Shown: positions 17,977 to 27,097 of the stretch, one piece after another
Layout of the letters: the number at the start of each line of letters is the position of its first letter
Numbering within the stretch: the first letter of the stretch is position 1
IMG/VR virus record: IMGVR_UViG_3300033066_000598
DNA length: 64,000 nucleotides
DNA from: an uncultured virus (IMG/VR IMGVR_UViG_3300033066_000598)
Lineage: Duplodnaviria > Heunggongvirae > Uroviricota > Caudoviricetes
Strand: one strand, 5' to 3'
Program-made: the position numbers and the translations under genes
The notes under the pieces: model-generated
The model's input: the letters and a program-made list of their open reading frames with translations, nothing else
The model's database searches: none
Told to the model about the DNA's origin: nothing

Positions 17977-18606
17977 TCAAGCCCTCCTGCGTTGAGGGAC
18001 GCGCTGAACCAGCGCAATTGCCGTTTCCGGCGTGGTGCCGCGCGAGATGCGCATCCAAACAGCGTTGTAGTTGAGATCAAGGCGGCGACAGGCTTCGGCG
18101 AGCGGAATGCTTTCGCCGTCGACGACTGCTCGTGCAGTATTCCGGCGGTTCGCTACCTGCTGTTCTTTCGTCGCCCACCGCACATTGCCGGGCTCGTAGT
18201 GACCGTCGTTGTTCGGGTAGCGGTCGATCGAATGAAGTGGAGAAGGCCGAGCGCCGACGCAGCGATAGAACGCGGAAAAGTCCTTGCGCCATTCTTCGCA
18301 GATTGTGACGCCTCGCGCACCGTAATCCTTATACGATTCCACCTTTGGGTTCAGACAGCGGCTTTTGATCGACACCCATGCCCGATATTCCGGGTCATAG
18401 GATTGGCCGTGCTTGATGTTCAGCTGCCGCTCCTGGATCTTGCGGCCCTTGGCCGCATCGATCAGCGAACGAACAGCCCATCTGTAGTGCTCGCGCTCAG
18501 ACTCGCGAAGCTGAGACCATGCAACAAACGACCGCCTCGAATGGCGAGGCAGCCGTAATAGGTGTAGGCGCTTTGCGGCAGTCTCAATTTGGTGCCGTTT
18601 CCACAT
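17977..18606 (-). CDS. HNH-type homing endonuclease
   Basis: HG.S..PEYRAW..IK.RC.NP....Y..YG.RGV.IC..W, SIDR..NNDG.Y.PGN.RWAT..Q..N. Confidence 0.88.
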   Translation of the reverse strand: MWKRHQIETAAKRLHLLRLPRHSRRSFVAWSQLRESEREHYRWAVRSLIDAAKGRKIQERQLNIKHGQSYDPEYRAWVSIKSRCLNPKVESYKDYGARGVTICEEWRKDFSAFYRCVGARPSPLHSIDRYPNNDGHYEPGNVRWATKEQQVANRRNTARAVVDGESIPLAEACRRLDLNYNAVWMRISRGTTPETAIALVQRVPQRRRA

Positions 18607-18630
18607 GGGCTTCCCTTCCTGTGTGGCTTG

Positions 18631-18668
18631 ACTAAACCTACAGTATAGTAATCAGCGGCCGGATGCAA
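18631..18668 (-). promoter_or_regulatory. sigma70-like promoter overlapped by palindromic operator
   Basis: Minus strand TTGCAT-N17-TACTGT; operator CTAAAC-CTACA-GTATAG at 18632-18648. Confidence 0.75.
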
Positions 18669-18864
18669 GGGCCCTTTTTATGGGGGCGGCGCAAGCAGAG
18701 CACAGGGGGCGAGCGTCGGCACTGGCGAGCTCGACCCAATGGCAGCCTATGCCTACGGTGCGCCCACCAATCTTGGTGACGTCAGGGCAGGCGTTGTGCT
18801 CGGTGCAGCCGCATACGCGGCAGGCCGGGCCATCGTTCTTCAGCGGGGGATTAACCGGGGGCAT
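18652..18864 (-). CDS. small zinc-finger protein
   Basis: CRVCGCT..NAC...C.WV...LCSAC. Confidence 0.7.
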   Translation of the reverse strand: MPPVNPPLKNDGPACRVCGCTEHNACPDVTKIGGRTVGIGCHWVELASADARPLCSACAAPIKRALASGR

Positions 18865-19058
18865 CAGTGCCGCTCCAAATAAACCGAAATGCCCAACTCG
18901 CTGACGACGAATCGGTTGACGCTCTCGCCCGGCCGCACAGCGCCAGAACGGCGTAGCGCGTTTTCCAGCTGCTCCCATGAACAGAAGCTGACGACGCCAC
19001 CGCCGCCGGGCTCCTGCTCCGTCAGCGGGTCGGTGCTGCTCTGATAGCCCTTAACCAT
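18864..19058 (-). CDS. hypothetical protein
   Basis: TGATG coupling at both ends. Confidence 0.55.
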   Translation of the reverse strand: MVKGYQSSTDPLTEQEPGGGGVVSFCSWEQLENALRRSGAVRPGESVNRFVVSELGISVYLERH

Positions 19059-20140
19059 CAGCCCCTCCGCCGAACCGTGCGACCGAACGTGGTCGGCATG
19101 GTCTCAATGTCGAGCTCCTCGACTTCGCGGTTCGGCACCCACCGCTTGTCGATTCCGTAGCGCTCGATCGCCATCTTGAAGTAGTCGATCGCCACGCTGA
19201 CGTCGGTCGCCGCGCTATTGAGAATCGGATTGCCTGGGGACAGCGTGCACGACCACGCGTCGGGTGCGCCCTTCTTCGGGATGAACACCAGCTGGAAGCC
19301 GAACACCTTCTCGGCCGCGCACTTACCAAGAAACTGCAGGAGGGCGTCGGCTTCGGTGCCTGGGGCAACTTTCGCCAGATCATCGCCGGCGAAGACGTTG
19401 CCGCCATCGGCAAGTAGCCGCGCCATCTGCCGGCGCCCTTCGCTGTAATGCGCGGCCGGAATGTCGTAGCGGTACGTCGTGATGTCCAGCTTGCAGGCGA
19501 GATCCATTTCCCGCTCGCGCTCGTTGGCGATCGTCTTGATGTCGCCGATGCCGCGCAGCTTCAGCGCGTCGAGCCGCACCTTGCAGCGAACGCCATCCTC
19601 GCGCGTCCAGAAGATCGACACTTCGGTCAGCGCGTTGTCGAGGCAGCCCTTTAGCTCCGGGTCGCTGTCGAGCACTTCCTTGCAGCCCATCGTGAAGTCG
19701 TAGTCGGCGCGGGTGAGCAGCTCCTGGCCTTCCTTCAGCTTGGCCTTCGCCGCCTTCGTCAAGGCGGACTTCTCTGCCGACGTCAGACTGTCGTCGTCTT
19801 CGTCGTAGGGGCCGCGGACATAGATCGCGTCGAACGCCTCGCGGCCTTCAAGCAACAGCGTGTGGGTCGCGTTGCCGAGTATCTTCGACGGCGTCAGCTT
19901 GTCCTTCTTCTTCTTCGGGTTCATCGGCGACTTGTGCCAGAACAGATTTGCGCCCTTCAGCAGGTCGCGGATGTTCGACGATCCGAGCGCGGTGTCGGCG
20001 TGGTACCGCTCGGCCGACAAGCCAATGTAGATGCCGTCGGGCAGCGACGGGTGCGTGTCGTAGTAGGCCTTCAGGGCCGTGGCGAGTGGAGTTAGTGCAG
20101 TACTGCCGGCGGCAGCGCGCCGGCGCGGGGTTTCTGACAT
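19058..20140 (-). CDS. RecE/exonuclease VIII-like PD-(D/E)XK nuclease
   Basis: YHAD.ALGSS.I..L, G.A.H.LLLE, EVSIFW....G..CK.RLD....IGDIKT, Y.Y...AA.Y. Confidence 0.88.
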   Translation of the reverse strand: MSETPRRRAAAGSTALTPLATALKAYYDTHPSLPDGIYIGLSAERYHADTALGSSNIRDLLKGANLFWHKSPMNPKKKKDKLTPSKILGNATHTLLLEGREAFDAIYVRGPYDEDDDSLTSAEKSALTKAAKAKLKEGQELLTRADYDFTMGCKEVLDSDPELKGCLDNALTEVSIFWTREDGVRCKVRLDALKLRGIGDIKTIANEREREMDLACKLDITTYRYDIPAAHYSEGRRQMARLLADGGNVFAGDDLAKVAPGTEADALLQFLGKCAAEKVFGFQLVFIPKKGAPDAWSCTLSPGNPILNSAATDVSVAIDYFKMAIERYGIDKRWVPNREVEELDIETMPTTFGRTVRRRG

Positions 20141-20174
20141 GGGCTTCCCTCCTGGTCAGTATGGTGGCGGCTGG

Positions 20175-20191
20175 CTATACTCTCGGTTTAG
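20175..20191. promoter_or_regulatory. palindromic operator in the spacer of a leftward promoter
   Basis: CTATAC-TCTCG-GTTTAG; minus strand TGGACA-N17-TATAGC upstream of the RecE-like gene. Confidence 0.7.
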
Positions 20192-20612
20192 TCCTTTGTC
20201 CATCCGCATCCTGCGGCTCCCAACGGATAAGCACACCTTCGAATTTGCCCGGGCCGTGCTCTTTAAGCCAGAAGGCGTGCATGTCGGCCGCGCAATCAAA
20301 CCCGTCGGCGCGCGCAAAGGCGTCGGCGTCGATCACGAAGTCGGGAAACTTCAACTTGGTCTTCAAGACGACGATCGAGATCGGTATCACATAGAAGCAT
20401 TCGGCCTCCCCGATCTTCTGGCACCGCTTGGTACGCATCGCGGTGTAGAGCTGCAGCGTCTCGCCGGCGCGCGCATGACGGCGCTTGCCGATCGCGCGGA
20501 TGGTTTGGCGCTTTGGTGCACACGGCGGGTCGCCCGGCTCGGCAAAAACTTTCATGCCAAGCCCGGCCTTGATCGGCTTCACAAAGCGCTGCTTGAAGCT
20601 GTAGGCGACCAT
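20175..20612 (-). CDS. ASCH/PUA-like domain protein
   Basis: MVAYSF..RF...I..G...K.QTIR...G..LQLY..MRT, FAR.DGF. Confidence 0.75.
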   Translation of the reverse strand: MVAYSFKQRFVKPIKAGLGMKVFAEPGDPPCAPKRQTIRAIGKRRHARAGETLQLYTAMRTKRCQKIGEAECFYVIPISIVVLKTKLKFPDFVIDADAFARADGFDCAADMHAFWLKEHGPGKFEGVLIRWEPQDADGQRTKPRV

Positions 20613-20794
20613 CAGAACAGGCTCCCCTGCGATTCTGGCGGCAGCAGCGCGCGCAAGCCGTCAATGATGCGCTGTCCTTTCGCCATGTGGTCGGCGTCGA
20701 TCCATGACACCGCCCCGACCGCCTCGATCGCATCTCGGATGGTCTCCGGCGATTCGCCGCGGAAGATCGAAATGTAGTGCTCGACGTCGTTCAC
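20612..20794 (-). CDS. hypothetical protein
   Basis: GTGA-coupled start. Confidence 0.45.
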   Translation of the reverse strand: MNDVEHYISIFRGESPETIRDAIEAVGAVSWIDADHMAKGQRIIDGLRALLPPESQGSLF

Positions 20795-21039
20795 GGCGCG
20801 ACAATCTCCGTGCCGATTTTGAGCACTTCGACGAAGTGGTGACCGACGTCGCTGTTGAAGCCGATAAAATCCCACGTCGCTCCGATGCTGTCGCCGGCAA
20901 TGCCGGTGAACCTGGCCGGCTGCCACTCCGGAGCCTTGCGGCTCGACGTCACCAGCACCCAGTAGTATTTTCCAACGTCCATGCTCTGCTCCCTTGCCGT
21001 CCCGTCGCCGTTGTCGATCACAAGCCAGAACCCGGTCAC
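20791..21039 (-). CDS. hypothetical protein
   Basis: GTGA overlap with the HTH stop; alternative ATG at 20982. Confidence 0.5.
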   Translation of the reverse strand: MTGFWLVIDNGDGTAREQSMDVGKYYWVLVTSSRKAPEWQPARFTGIAGDSIGATWDFIGFNSDVGHHFVEVLKIGTEIVAP

Positions 21040-21254
21040 GGAATCAAATCCGTGACCTTGCACTTCAGCAGCGCGGCGATCGCGCACAGGCGAACGACGG
21101 TGAGTGGGCTGGTGCCGGTCTCGTACTTCTGCACCATCTGTTCACTCACTCCGATTGCCTCGCCGAGCTCGGGCTGGCCGACTTCCTTTTTTTTTCGCAT
21201 CTCGCGCACCAGCGCGCCGATCTCCGCGTCGCTTATCGTCTTCCTTGGCGGCAT
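21036..21254 (-). CDS. XRE/Cro-family HTH transcriptional regulator
   Basis: IG..VRE.R......Q.ELG..IGVS.Q.VQKYE.G......RL..IA..L. Confidence 0.9.
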   Translation of the reverse strand: MPPRKTISDAEIGALVREMRKKKEVGQPELGEAIGVSEQMVQKYETGTSPLTVVRLCAIAALLKCKVTDLIP

Positions 21255-21474
21255 CGAACACTCCCTTTTTCCGCAAGTCGTTTTCGATTTCGGTGCGGGC
21301 CAGCACCACGTATTGGTCGAACAGGTCGAGCCGCTTTGCCGGCACGACCACTTCCATGAACAGGGCTTTGACTACCATCATGGCAGCCTCGATCTTCGCG
21401 GGCCCTGGCACCAGCAGCAGCTGCTGCAGCGCCAGCCGAGCAACGCCGCGCACGAGCTCGTTGGCGTCAGCCAT
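21142..21474 (-). CDS. hypothetical protein overlapping the HTH gene
   Basis: Coupled start; tail runs 113 nt into the HTH gene. Confidence 0.5.
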   Translation of the reverse strand: MADANELVRGVARLALQQLLLVPGPAKIEAAMMVVKALFMEVVVPAKRLDLFDQYVVLARTEIENDLRKKGVFDAAKEDDKRRGDRRAGARDAKKKGSRPARARRGNRSE

Positions 21475-21613
21475 GCCAGATCATGAAGCCGCAAAACGCC
21501 GCCACTAGCAGCAGGGCGGCAACGAACATGTTGAAGCCAAAGCCCGACAAGCCGGCGTTGCGCTCCGCGCTCTGCCGCTCGATCTCCGACAAGTCCCATC
21601 TTTCAAAGCGCAT
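21467..21613 (-). CDS. small membrane protein
   Basis: MRFERW...FNMFVAALLLVAAFCGFMIW. Confidence 0.5.
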   Translation of the reverse strand: MRFERWDLSEIERQSAERNAGLSGFGFNMFVAALLLVAAFCGFMIWHG

Positions 21614-21804
21614 CAGTTCAGCTCCGTTGCTACGGCTTTGCGCAAGGTCGCGCAAAAGCGCTCGACCAGATCAGCGCGCCCTTCCGGCGCGGTGGCGTTG
21701 ATGATGGCACCGGCAAGACTGCCGACGGCCACGAGCTCGTCGCGCGCGTCGGCCTCCTCCGGTAGCGCCTGCATAAGCGAGCGCATGATCTCGCCCGAAT
21801 CCAT
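21613..21804 (-). CDS. hypothetical protein
   Basis: GAGGGAG RBS before MDSGEI. Confidence 0.55.
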   Translation of the reverse strand: MDSGEIMRSLMQALPEEADARDELVAVGSLAGAIINATAPEGRADLVERFCATLRKAVATELN

Positions 21805-21869
21805 GGCGGTCTCCCTCGAATAGGGGACGCCATAGACGTGAGTCGGTTCCAACGCGCCAGCCGCATCTT

Positions 21870-22124
21870 TTACCCGTTCACCGGTTGTCCACCGCTCAAT
21901 GCGGCAACCTCGCGCAGCCGGCGCACTTGTGCACACGCGCGGTTCAGCCCGCTTTTGACGGAGCCCTCCGGAATGTTGAGCGCGTGCGCGATCGCCTTGT
22001 AGGTCTTCAGGTCGACGTAGCGCAGCTGCAGCAGCTCGCGGAAGCGCGGGTTCAGCTTCTCGACGTGCGCGGCGTCGCTCGTCATCAAGTCGAAGTTTTT
22101 GGCCGGCGTGTTGTGTGGCGTCAT
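21870..22124 (-). CDS. sigma70 region-4-like HTH protein
   Basis: L.PRFRELLQLRY...TY..IA..L.IP.GSVKS.L.RA. Confidence 0.8.
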   Translation of the reverse strand: MTPHNTPAKNFDLMTSDAAHVEKLNPRFRELLQLRYVDLKTYKAIAHALNIPEGSVKSGLNRACAQVRRLREVAALSGGQPVNG

Positions 22125-22318
22125 GGTGCCCCCCGTGTGTTCGTCATGATGTCTTCGATCAGCCAATAGAGGCCAGCCCTTCCCTTAACCTGCTCGCCGC
22201 TGATGGTGTCGATCGGCGTCAGCGCGTCGGCAATGCGCTTCATGCTGATGGCGATCGACATAAGCGCCTGTGTCTGTAAATCCGCCCCGCCTTCTTTCCG
22301 CGCTCCCGGTTCAAGCAT
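22121..22318 (-). CDS. hypothetical protein
   Basis: AISMKRIADAL motif; coupled. Confidence 0.55.
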   Translation of the reverse strand: MLEPGARKEGGADLQTQALMSIAISMKRIADALTPIDTISGEQVKGRAGLYWLIEDIMTNTRGAP

Positions 22319-23597
22319 TGTCGATTACCTCCCCGTTCTCGATCACGACACCACCGCCGGCGACGTCTTCGCCGACGCACTCCATCAGCACCACGAAGCC
22401 ATGCTCTTTGGCGTCGGCCTCGAGCGCGGCGCGCGCGTCCTCGTCGAGCAACGAGCCCTCCCGCACCAGCAGCACGCGCAGCTCCGGCTTCAGCGCCATC
22501 AGCAGCGCTGTTGATACGCGGATCTTGCGCGCGGTCGAGGCCTGGTCGAACGGCAGGCCGTCGAGCATCACGTCGCCGTCGGCCAGCGTGAGCTCGGGGA
22601 TGGGCAGCTTGGCCTCCTCGATCGCCTCTCGCTTCTCCTGATCGAGCGCGGCAATGGCGGTCGTCAGATCGTCGTAGCGCTCCTGCAGGCTCTCGTATTC
22701 GGCGTAGCGCTGGATGCTCTCCTGTCTGCGCCTGGCGCCGGCGTTGATGGTCTCGGCGTTGCGGATGCGCGTTTCGATCGCCGCGGTGTCGATCGGCTCG
22801 GGCAGCGGCTTATACTCGCGGATGGTTTTCTCGCGCTCGGCGATCTCGCCGCGCAGCTCCTGCAGCTGCTTGACCAGCACCGCCTCGCGGTCCTGCAAAG
22901 ACTCGAGCTGTTCCGCATAAGTGCTCCGCTCCTCTGCGGACTCGGCGATTTGGCGGTTCTTCAGATACGTTGCCTGCAGCTCCTGCACCGCCTTCGTGAC
23001 GTCGATCAGCTCGAGCGGCGCGTCCGGAGGCACGACGATGGCGGCCGCCGCGGCCTTGGCGCGATCGCGCTGCCGGCCGACGTCAGTGCGGTCTTCAAAC
23101 TTCGCGCGCCGGGCCTCGTCATTGGCTTCGAAGTCGAAGTCCGGAATGAGGCCGCGCACGAGATCGTAGCGCTCGCGTGGCTTCAAGCTGGCGAATTCGA
23201 GCGGGTCATCGGCGATCGGCGAGCCGCGCAGCGCGTCGAGCTCTGTCTGCTTCTGCTTCGGCCGCTTGCCGTTGCGGAATTCCAGCTTCAGCGCGCTGGT
23301 GAAGCCGCGCGGCGAGTCTTCGCTCGCCACGATCGTTCGCGTCAGCTGCAGGTCGGTGAAGTCGAGATAGATCGAAGCTTCGTCCTGGCCGGCGCGGATG
23401 GGCTTGTCCGGAAACCCCTCGGGCCCGGCAAGCGCCATCGCCACGGCGTCGAGCAGCGAGCTCTTGCCCTGACCGTTGCGGCCGCTGACCTTGAACAATG
23501 GCTTGCCGTCGGGCTTGATGGCCACGGCCTTCAGCGCCTTGACGTTGGTGGCCCGCACTTCGACAAGCCGGTACTGCATTGGAACGTCCGCTTTCAT
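22311..23597 (-). CDS. SMC/Rad50-like AAA ATPase
   Basis: NVKALK, SGRNGQGKSS Walker A, long coiled coil, S..../VLLVREGSLLD ABC-type C-terminus. Confidence 0.88.
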   Translation of the reverse strand: MKADVPMQYRLVEVRATNVKALKAVAIKPDGKPLFKVSGRNGQGKSSLLDAVAMALAGPEGFPDKPIRAGQDEASIYLDFTDLQLTRTIVASEDSPRGFTSALKLEFRNGKRPKQKQTELDALRGSPIADDPLEFASLKPRERYDLVRGLIPDFDFEANDEARRAKFEDRTDVGRQRDRAKAAAAAIVVPPDAPLELIDVTKAVQELQATYLKNRQIAESAEERSTYAEQLESLQDREAVLVKQLQELRGEIAEREKTIREYKPLPEPIDTAAIETRIRNAETINAGARRRQESIQRYAEYESLQERYDDLTTAIAALDQEKREAIEEAKLPIPELTLADGDVMLDGLPFDQASTARKIRVSTALLMALKPELRVLLVREGSLLDEDARAALEADAKEHGFVVLMECVGEDVAGGGVVIENGEVIDNA

Positions 23598-23625
23598 TGG
23601 AGGCTTCCCTTCTCCGGTTCAAAAC

Positions 23626-23892
23626 TTACTTGTCGATCGGAAACGGGCCGGCGAGGCCCCTCTCGATCAGGTACTTCAGCTGCGCGCTCGGCTCGATCAG
23701 GCCGATGGCCTGCAGTGTGGCGATCACGGCACCGCGATACGTCTTCGACCGGTTGCGCAGCTTCTGGCCGTTGTCGTCCGGGTCGGCCTCCCGGTCCTTT
23801 TGAAGCATGCCCTCGACGTTGTTCTTGCACTCGTCTTCGAGCCGGATGCGATAAACGACTTCGACAATGTCGGCAATCTTTTCAGCGTCCAC
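23626..23892 (-). CDS. hypothetical protein
   Basis: AAGGGAA RBS; high-GC codon usage. Confidence 0.55.
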   Translation of the reverse strand: MDAEKIADIVEVVYRIRLEDECKNNVEGMLQKDREADPDDNGQKLRNRSKTYRGAVIATLQAIGLIEPSAQLKYLIERGLAGPFPIDK

Positions 23893-24100
23893 GGCGGATT
23901 CCCTTCTTTTTCGCGGCCTTCTTCTGCGCGCGGCTCTTGGTGGGTGGTACGGCGTCGACCAGCTGCTGCAGCATGGCGACGCGTTTGGCTGTGTCGGACG
24001 GCGTCTTCAGCTTGGCACCGGGCCCGCGCGTCATGTAGCGCTTTTCGCGCAGCGCGCGGATGCTGTCGACGACCCCGCGGTCAGTCGGTTTTTTATCCAT
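23882..24100 (-). CDS. small basic protein
   Basis: K/R-rich; overlaps both neighbours. Confidence 0.5.
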   Translation of the reverse strand: MDKKPTDRGVVDSIRALREKRYMTRGPGAKLKTPSDTAKRVAMLQQLVDAVPPTKSRAQKKAAKKKGIRRGR

Positions 24101-24320
24101 CGGCTTCCACCACTTCCGTCCATGTCACGATAACCGGCACGTCGACGTCGACGTCGAGGCGCGTGCTCGAATAGTCGCCGCCACCCGGGATGTTGATATA
24201 GACACGCGCCGTCGCGGGGATGGCGCGCGCCTGGCCGCGCAAAAGGTCGCAAATCTCGGCGCCGGTAAGGCGCATAGTGACGGTCTGTTTGGTCTCGGTC
24301 TTGATCTCGACTGTCGGCAT
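24093..24320 (-). CDS. hypothetical protein
   Basis: GGGAG RBS. Confidence 0.6.
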   Translation of the reverse strand: MPTVEIKTETKQTVTMRLTGAEICDLLRGQARAIPATARVYINIPGGGDYSSTRLDVDVDVPVIVTWTEVVEADG

Positions 24321-24350
24321 GGGTTTTTCACTCCCTGGGTTTGTGCAGCG

Positions 24351-24491
24351 TCAACATGGTGGTGTTGATATTGGTCCCGCTCTCACCGCGTCGCCGATGC
24401 CGGCAAGCTTCAGGTCGTACTCGGCAACGACGTCGACCAGGCTGCGCTGCAGCGCCGGCGTGTTGGTGTTGAATGTCGCGTGTGCGTTCAC
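24351..24491 (-). CDS. small hypothetical protein
   Basis: AAGGGAAGCC leader then GTG; first gene after the operator/promoter. Confidence 0.45.
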   Translation of the reverse strand: MNAHATFNTNTPALQRSLVDVVAEYDLKLAGIGDAVRAGPISTPPC

Positions 24492-24523
24492 CGTGGCTTC
24501 CCTTCCCCTGTGTCGCCGGACAG

Positions 24524-24540
24524 CTATACTCACAGTTTAG
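24524..24540. promoter_or_regulatory. palindromic operator in the spacer of a leftward promoter
   Basis: CTATAC-TCACA-GTTTAG; minus strand TGGACA-N18-TATAGC. Confidence 0.7.
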
Positions 24541-25082
24541 TAGCTTTGTCCATCCCCTTCTGCAAAAAGGTGAGGCCACCTACGGCCGTTTTTAATGTGG
24601 GTGACTGTTGACCGGCTCACGCCATACGCTTTGGCAACGGCCGCATGTCGGCCGGGAGCCTTCCTAATTGCTAGAACGCGAGCCGGGTTAAGTCTGTAGT
24701 TGGGCTTTGTTTTCAAAGCACCACGCAGTAATTCCGGTCTCCCGCGGCGCTTCCTGTTGTTGGCTGCGCGGTCTTCGGCGTTGTCCCACAAATCTCCCCA
24801 CTTCAGATTGGTATCGATGCAGTTTAAGGGGTCGTCATCGCGGTGAAGAACCCAAGATTTTCCCGGAGGAGACGGCGGCAAAAAAGCTCGGGCTACAAGC
24901 ACATGAGCGTCGATCGTTAGGCTCCCACCAATGTACGGCAGGTGATAGCGAGGCCTGCCCTGATTGAAGCCGGGCTTCATTAGCCGGCCGTCGGCGGCGC
25001 GCTTTACTCGGCCGTCATTGCTAACGAGATACGCTTCACACCCTTCAACCGGTCTCCACTGGCGAACCTTCGCGACCTTCAT
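24537..25082 (-). CDS. NUMOD4-HNH homing endonuclease
   Basis: QWRPVEG...YLVSNDGRVK; AHVLVARAF...VLHRDDD..N....NL.W; C-terminal HTH. Confidence 0.85.
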   Translation of the reverse strand: MKVAKVRQWRPVEGCEAYLVSNDGRVKRAADGRLMKPGFNQGRPRYHLPYIGGSLTIDAHVLVARAFLPPSPPGKSWVLHRDDDPLNCIDTNLKWGDLWDNAEDRAANNRKRRGRPELLRGALKTKPNYRLNPARVLAIRKAPGRHAAVAKAYGVSRSTVTHIKNGRRWPHLFAEGDGQSY

Positions 25083-25211
25083 GACAAGCCCTCCCAAAGG
25101 GCGACGACCATCGCGATTATCGGGGACAAGTCAAAATTTTTTTCTCCGACGGTGGGGATGCCCTGGTACGCAAGTCACCACACTGAAGCGACAGGGTTTT
25201 TTCGACGCGAC

Positions 25212-25369
25212 CGTAACCGCAACCCCCTCCGTACCCCGATGCGTAACCGTCGGCCGTATCCTTGACAGCCTGCCCGCGGAATCGGTTACGTCGCCTCGCG
25301 CGCGGCGGCAGAGCAAGGTGGTAGAGGGCAGGGACTTCGTCCCCTGCCCCTCTTTCCGTAACCGTAACC
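25212..25369. repeat. CGTA(A/C)CC iteron-like repeat cluster in divergent intergenic region
   Basis: Copies at 25212, 25230, 25242, 25357, 25363, inverted at 25284; variants at 25218 and 25255. Confidence 0.65.
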
Positions 25370-25574
25370 ACCACCCTGCCAGCAACATCCAAGGATGACG
25401 GTTGACGGAATCCGGACTCGTCGCCAATCTGCCGGCCACTGATTCCACGTCGAAGGCTCGTCACCTTCCAAACAATTCGAATGCTGCGCGCCGCTGTGAC
25501 GAGCCCGGTGTGACAGCTACGGCACCCTCCCTCCTGACGGGCGGGAGGGTGCCAACTCATTCCGGGGGTTCTCC

Positions 25575-26150
25575 ATGGCAAAGCGCACGTCGATCGAATC
25601 CGAGCAGCAACCGACCGGCAAGGAAATTCGCCTGCCGGCGGACAGCACAATCAAGACATTCAACGCGGCCTTCTGCGAAGCGCAGGAGACGGTCGACGAA
25701 ACCAACGAGCGGTTGAAGGATGCTGCCGACATTGCGAAGAAGCGGCACCTGAACGTGTGGGCTTTTAAGATTTGCCAGAAGCTCTACGCCGACGTGAAGA
25801 ACGCCAAGAACGAAGCGCGGGCATCCGAAAAGCTGGCAGTGAAGCTGGCGCAGCTCGACAAGATCCGGAAGTATTTCAAGCTTGACGAGCTCGCCAACCT
25901 GCAGGGTCGCATGTTTGCCGAAGGTGAGATCGGCGCCAAGGGCGAGCCGGCACGCGAGATCCAAGAGGACGGCGAGCCCGACGACAGACCGCGGCACCTG
26001 CGCCAGCCGGGCGCGAGCGCGGCCAGTGCCGAACCTGGGGCCGCTGCGAAGGCGGTGCAGGATTTGGCGGCGAAGTCCGGTGCCACACTGCCCGACGCGA
26101 ACCTCGACAAAATTGGGCGCGGCAAGCCCGACGAAACCACCAAGCACTAA
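25575..26150 (+). CDS. hypothetical protein
   Basis: First gene of the rightward arm; GGGGG RBS; 191 aa. Confidence 0.7.
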   Translation: MAKRTSIESEQQPTGKEIRLPADSTIKTFNAAFCEAQETVDETNERLKDAADIAKKRHLNVWAFKICQKLYADVKNAKNEARASEKLAVKLAQLDKIRKYFKLDELANLQGRMFAEGEIGAKGEPAREIQEDGEPDDRPRHLRQPGASAASAEPGAAAKAVQDLAAKSGATLPDANLDKIGRGKPDETTKH

Positions 26151-26160
26151 GCGAGGCACC

Positions 26161-26817
26161 ATGGACAAGCCACGGCGCATCCTGGGCATTGACCCGGGCA
26201 TCAACGGGGCGTGCGCGCTCTACTGCCCTGACGAGATTGTGCCGACACCGTCGGGTGGCCTGTTCGATATTCCGACGGTCGGCGAAGGCAAGCAGCGCGA
26301 GATCGACTACGCCGAGTTGCGCAATCTGATCTATGCGCTGCATCCGACCGTCGCCGTGATCGAGATCGTCAACGCGTTCATGCCGAGCCGGAGCGGTAAC
26401 CGCAAGAAAAGCGAGCAGGGCGACGAAGCGGATTGGGGCGCCACGTCGCTGTTTCGATTCGGTGGCTCGTACTTCGCTATCCATGCTGTCGTCGCGTGCC
26501 TCGACATCCCGCGCCACCGCGTATCGTCGCCGACGTGGAAGGGGCATTTCGGGCTGAAGGGTAAGGCGAAGCAGGAAGGCAGCGGCATTGACGATAGTGC
26601 GCGTCAGCTAGTGCTGCAGCGTTGGCCGGCACTGCACCCATTTCTGAAGCGAAAGGTCGACCAGCACCGCGCGGAAGCTTTTCTGACGGCAGCCTGGTAC
26701 GTGCAGACCGACGGCGGCCTGATAAAGCCGCCGCGATCGCCGCGGCGCCCGAAGGCGGCCGAGAGTATTCGAGCAATGAGATTTTCAGGCGATGGCGGAC
26801 TCGACATCCCCGAGTGA
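26161..26817 (+). CDS. RuvC-like Holliday junction resolvase
   Basis: ILGIDPG..GA, AVIE.V, F.FG, V.S.TWK..FGL, RAEA. Confidence 0.85.
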   Translation: MDKPRRILGIDPGINGACALYCPDEIVPTPSGGLFDIPTVGEGKQREIDYAELRNLIYALHPTVAVIEIVNAFMPSRSGNRKKSEQGDEADWGATSLFRFGGSYFAIHAVVACLDIPRHRVSSPTWKGHFGLKGKAKQEGSGIDDSARQLVLQRWPALHPFLKRKVDQHRAEAFLTAAWYVQTDGGLIKPPRSPRRPKAAESIRAMRFSGDGGLDIPE

Positions 26818-27097
26818 GGAGCGGCCGCGGGACCGCATCTATTCGTGGGCGCTGTACCGCATTTCGATTCTGCAGGAGTTTGCGCGCCGGCACTGCAGCA
26901 ATCCGCAGTGTGGCGCGCGTGACGAGGAAGGCGAACCTATCCCCTGTGCCGGCAAGGAATGCGGGGAAAACAAAATTCACGAGGAGCACCGCCGGGAGCT
27001 CCGGGCTATGCGAGACATCTGCGCGTTGGTTGAGTTTTTGGAACGCAAAGAGATTGAACAGGCAGCTGAAGATGACAAACCGAAGCGGAAGCGGTGA
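26792..27097 (+). CDS. hypothetical Cys-containing protein
   Basis: Overlaps the RuvC gene end; C..PQC...C....C. Confidence 0.5.
   Translation: MADSTSPSEERPRDRIYSWALYRISILQEFARRHCSNPQCGARDEEGEPIPCAGKECGENKIHEEHRRELRAMRDICALVEFLERKEIEQAAEDDKPKRKR

Noticed and set aside
25100..25570. tRNA or protein-coding gene in the divergent gap
   Set aside because: No cloverleaf or T-loop consensus; the short ORFs lack an RBS and typical codon bias.
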